A stretch of 64,000 nucleotides of DNA from an uncultured delta proteobacterium (GTDB taxonomy: Bacteria > Myxococcota_A > UBA9160 > UBA6930): positions 204,480 to 268,479 of the forward strand of contig CAVXZE010000002.1 in the NCBI GenBank assembly GCA_963766175.1, in the 5' to 3' direction. Under the pieces are notes generated by a model. The model searched no databases. It worked only from the letters and a program-made list of their open reading frames with translations, and had not been told where the DNA came from. Shown here piece after piece: positions 63,433 to 64,000 of this stretch (its first letter is position 1; each line of letters begins with the position of its first letter). The position numbers and the translations under genes were made by a program.

Positions 63433-64000
63433 ATGCAAACCGAAATCTGCAGGGAGCTGGGAATCGAGCTTCCGATCTTCGCCTTCTCTCACTGCCGTGA
63501 CGTGGTCGCCGCGGTGAGCAACGTAGGTGGGCTCGGGGTCCTGGGGGCGGTCGGCTTCAGCGCGGAGCAGCTCGAGACGGAGCTGGCCTGGATCGACGAG
63601 CGCGTGGGCGACAAGCCGTATGGCGTCGACATCGTGCTGCCCGGCAAGTACGAGGGCAAGGGCGAGCAGATCAGCGCGGAGGCGCTGGAGGAGAAGCTCC
63701 GCGCCATGATTCCCCAGGAGCACCGCGACTTCGTCAAGAAGCTCATGGCGGAGGCCGGCGTGCCCGAGCTCCCGGAGGGCGAGAAGGTCCCCGAGCTCCT
63801 GGGCTGGACGGCGACCACCGCGGGGCCGCTGGTGGAAACGACACTCAGGCATGAGAAGGTACGGCTGCTAGCGAACGCCCTGGGGACTCCGCCCACCGAC
63901 ATGATCCAGGAGATTCAGGCATCGGGCCGGCGGGTCGCCGCCCTCGCCGGGAGCGCGAGGCACGCGCTCTCCCACAAGGAAGCCGGCGTCGACATCGTCA
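63433..64000 (+). CDS. Nitronate monooxygenase (NMO) family protein, N-terminal part (continues beyond the window)
   Basis: Not in the ORF track because there is no stop within the window. My translation from ATG 63433: MQTEICRELGIELPIFAFSHCRDVVAAVSNVGGLGVLGAVGF...KPYGVDIVLP. Confidence 0.7.
   Translation, partial: MQTEICRELGIELPIFAFSHCRDVVAAVSNVGGLGVLGAVGFSAEQLETELAWIDERVGDKPYGVDIVLPGKYEGKGEQISAEALEEKLRAMIPQEHRDFVKKLMAEAGVPELPEGEKVPELLGWTATTAGPLVETTLRHEKVRLLANALGTPPTDMIQEIQASGRRVAALAGSARHALSHKEAGVDIV

Overview
High-GC bacterial chromosomal segment (about 65-70% G+C judged by eye, not computed). It is densely coding, with about 57 protein genes. I found no rRNA or tRNA genes, no CRISPR array, and no transposase, integrase or phage genes. 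AsmA, Tat and lipoprotein signals suggest a diderm organism, but the taxon cannot be assigned without a database search. Most content is housekeeping: gatC-gatA-gatB-asmA, ddl, pcrA, glmU-glmS, hflX-fabH, a phasin, an acyl-CoA dehydrogenase, murQ, mutS2, an ECF sigma module, folC, comM, fur, and various hydrolases and lipoproteins. The ORF track is full of long Arg/Pro/Gly-rich antisense and off-frame ORFs, and of N-terminally over-extended ORFs, both typical of high-GC DNA. I re-set many start codons by hand. One gene, asmA at 1..1286, is missing from the track because it runs off the window edge. Nothing here looks like a defence island or a mobile island. The leads I rank highest are: (1) an archaeal/eukaryote-type topoisomerase VI operon (top6B-top6A, 54.7-57.6 kb) with basic N-terminal tails and a small unknown ORF upstream; (2) a translationally coupled minus-strand cluster (9.3-17.6 kb) encoding a three-Cys LarE-like enzyme, a C45-like protein, two tandem alkaline-phosphatase-superfamily-TPR paralogs with Thr in place of the sulfatase formylglycine residue, a secreted unknown and a HEAT lipoprotein; (3) a single-ORF fusion of a GH36 alpha-galactosidase with an MtnX-like HAD phosphatase, separated by only 22 bp from a divergent homocysteine methyltransferase gene; (4) a family of ~41-nt CTAG-terminated intergenic repeats, two copies of which form a 185-bp palindromic MITE-like element; (5) at least seven starts where a -10 box sits 6-8 nt from the start codon, consistent with leaderless mRNAs. 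All functional calls rest on motif recognition by eye and need HMM/BLAST confirmation.
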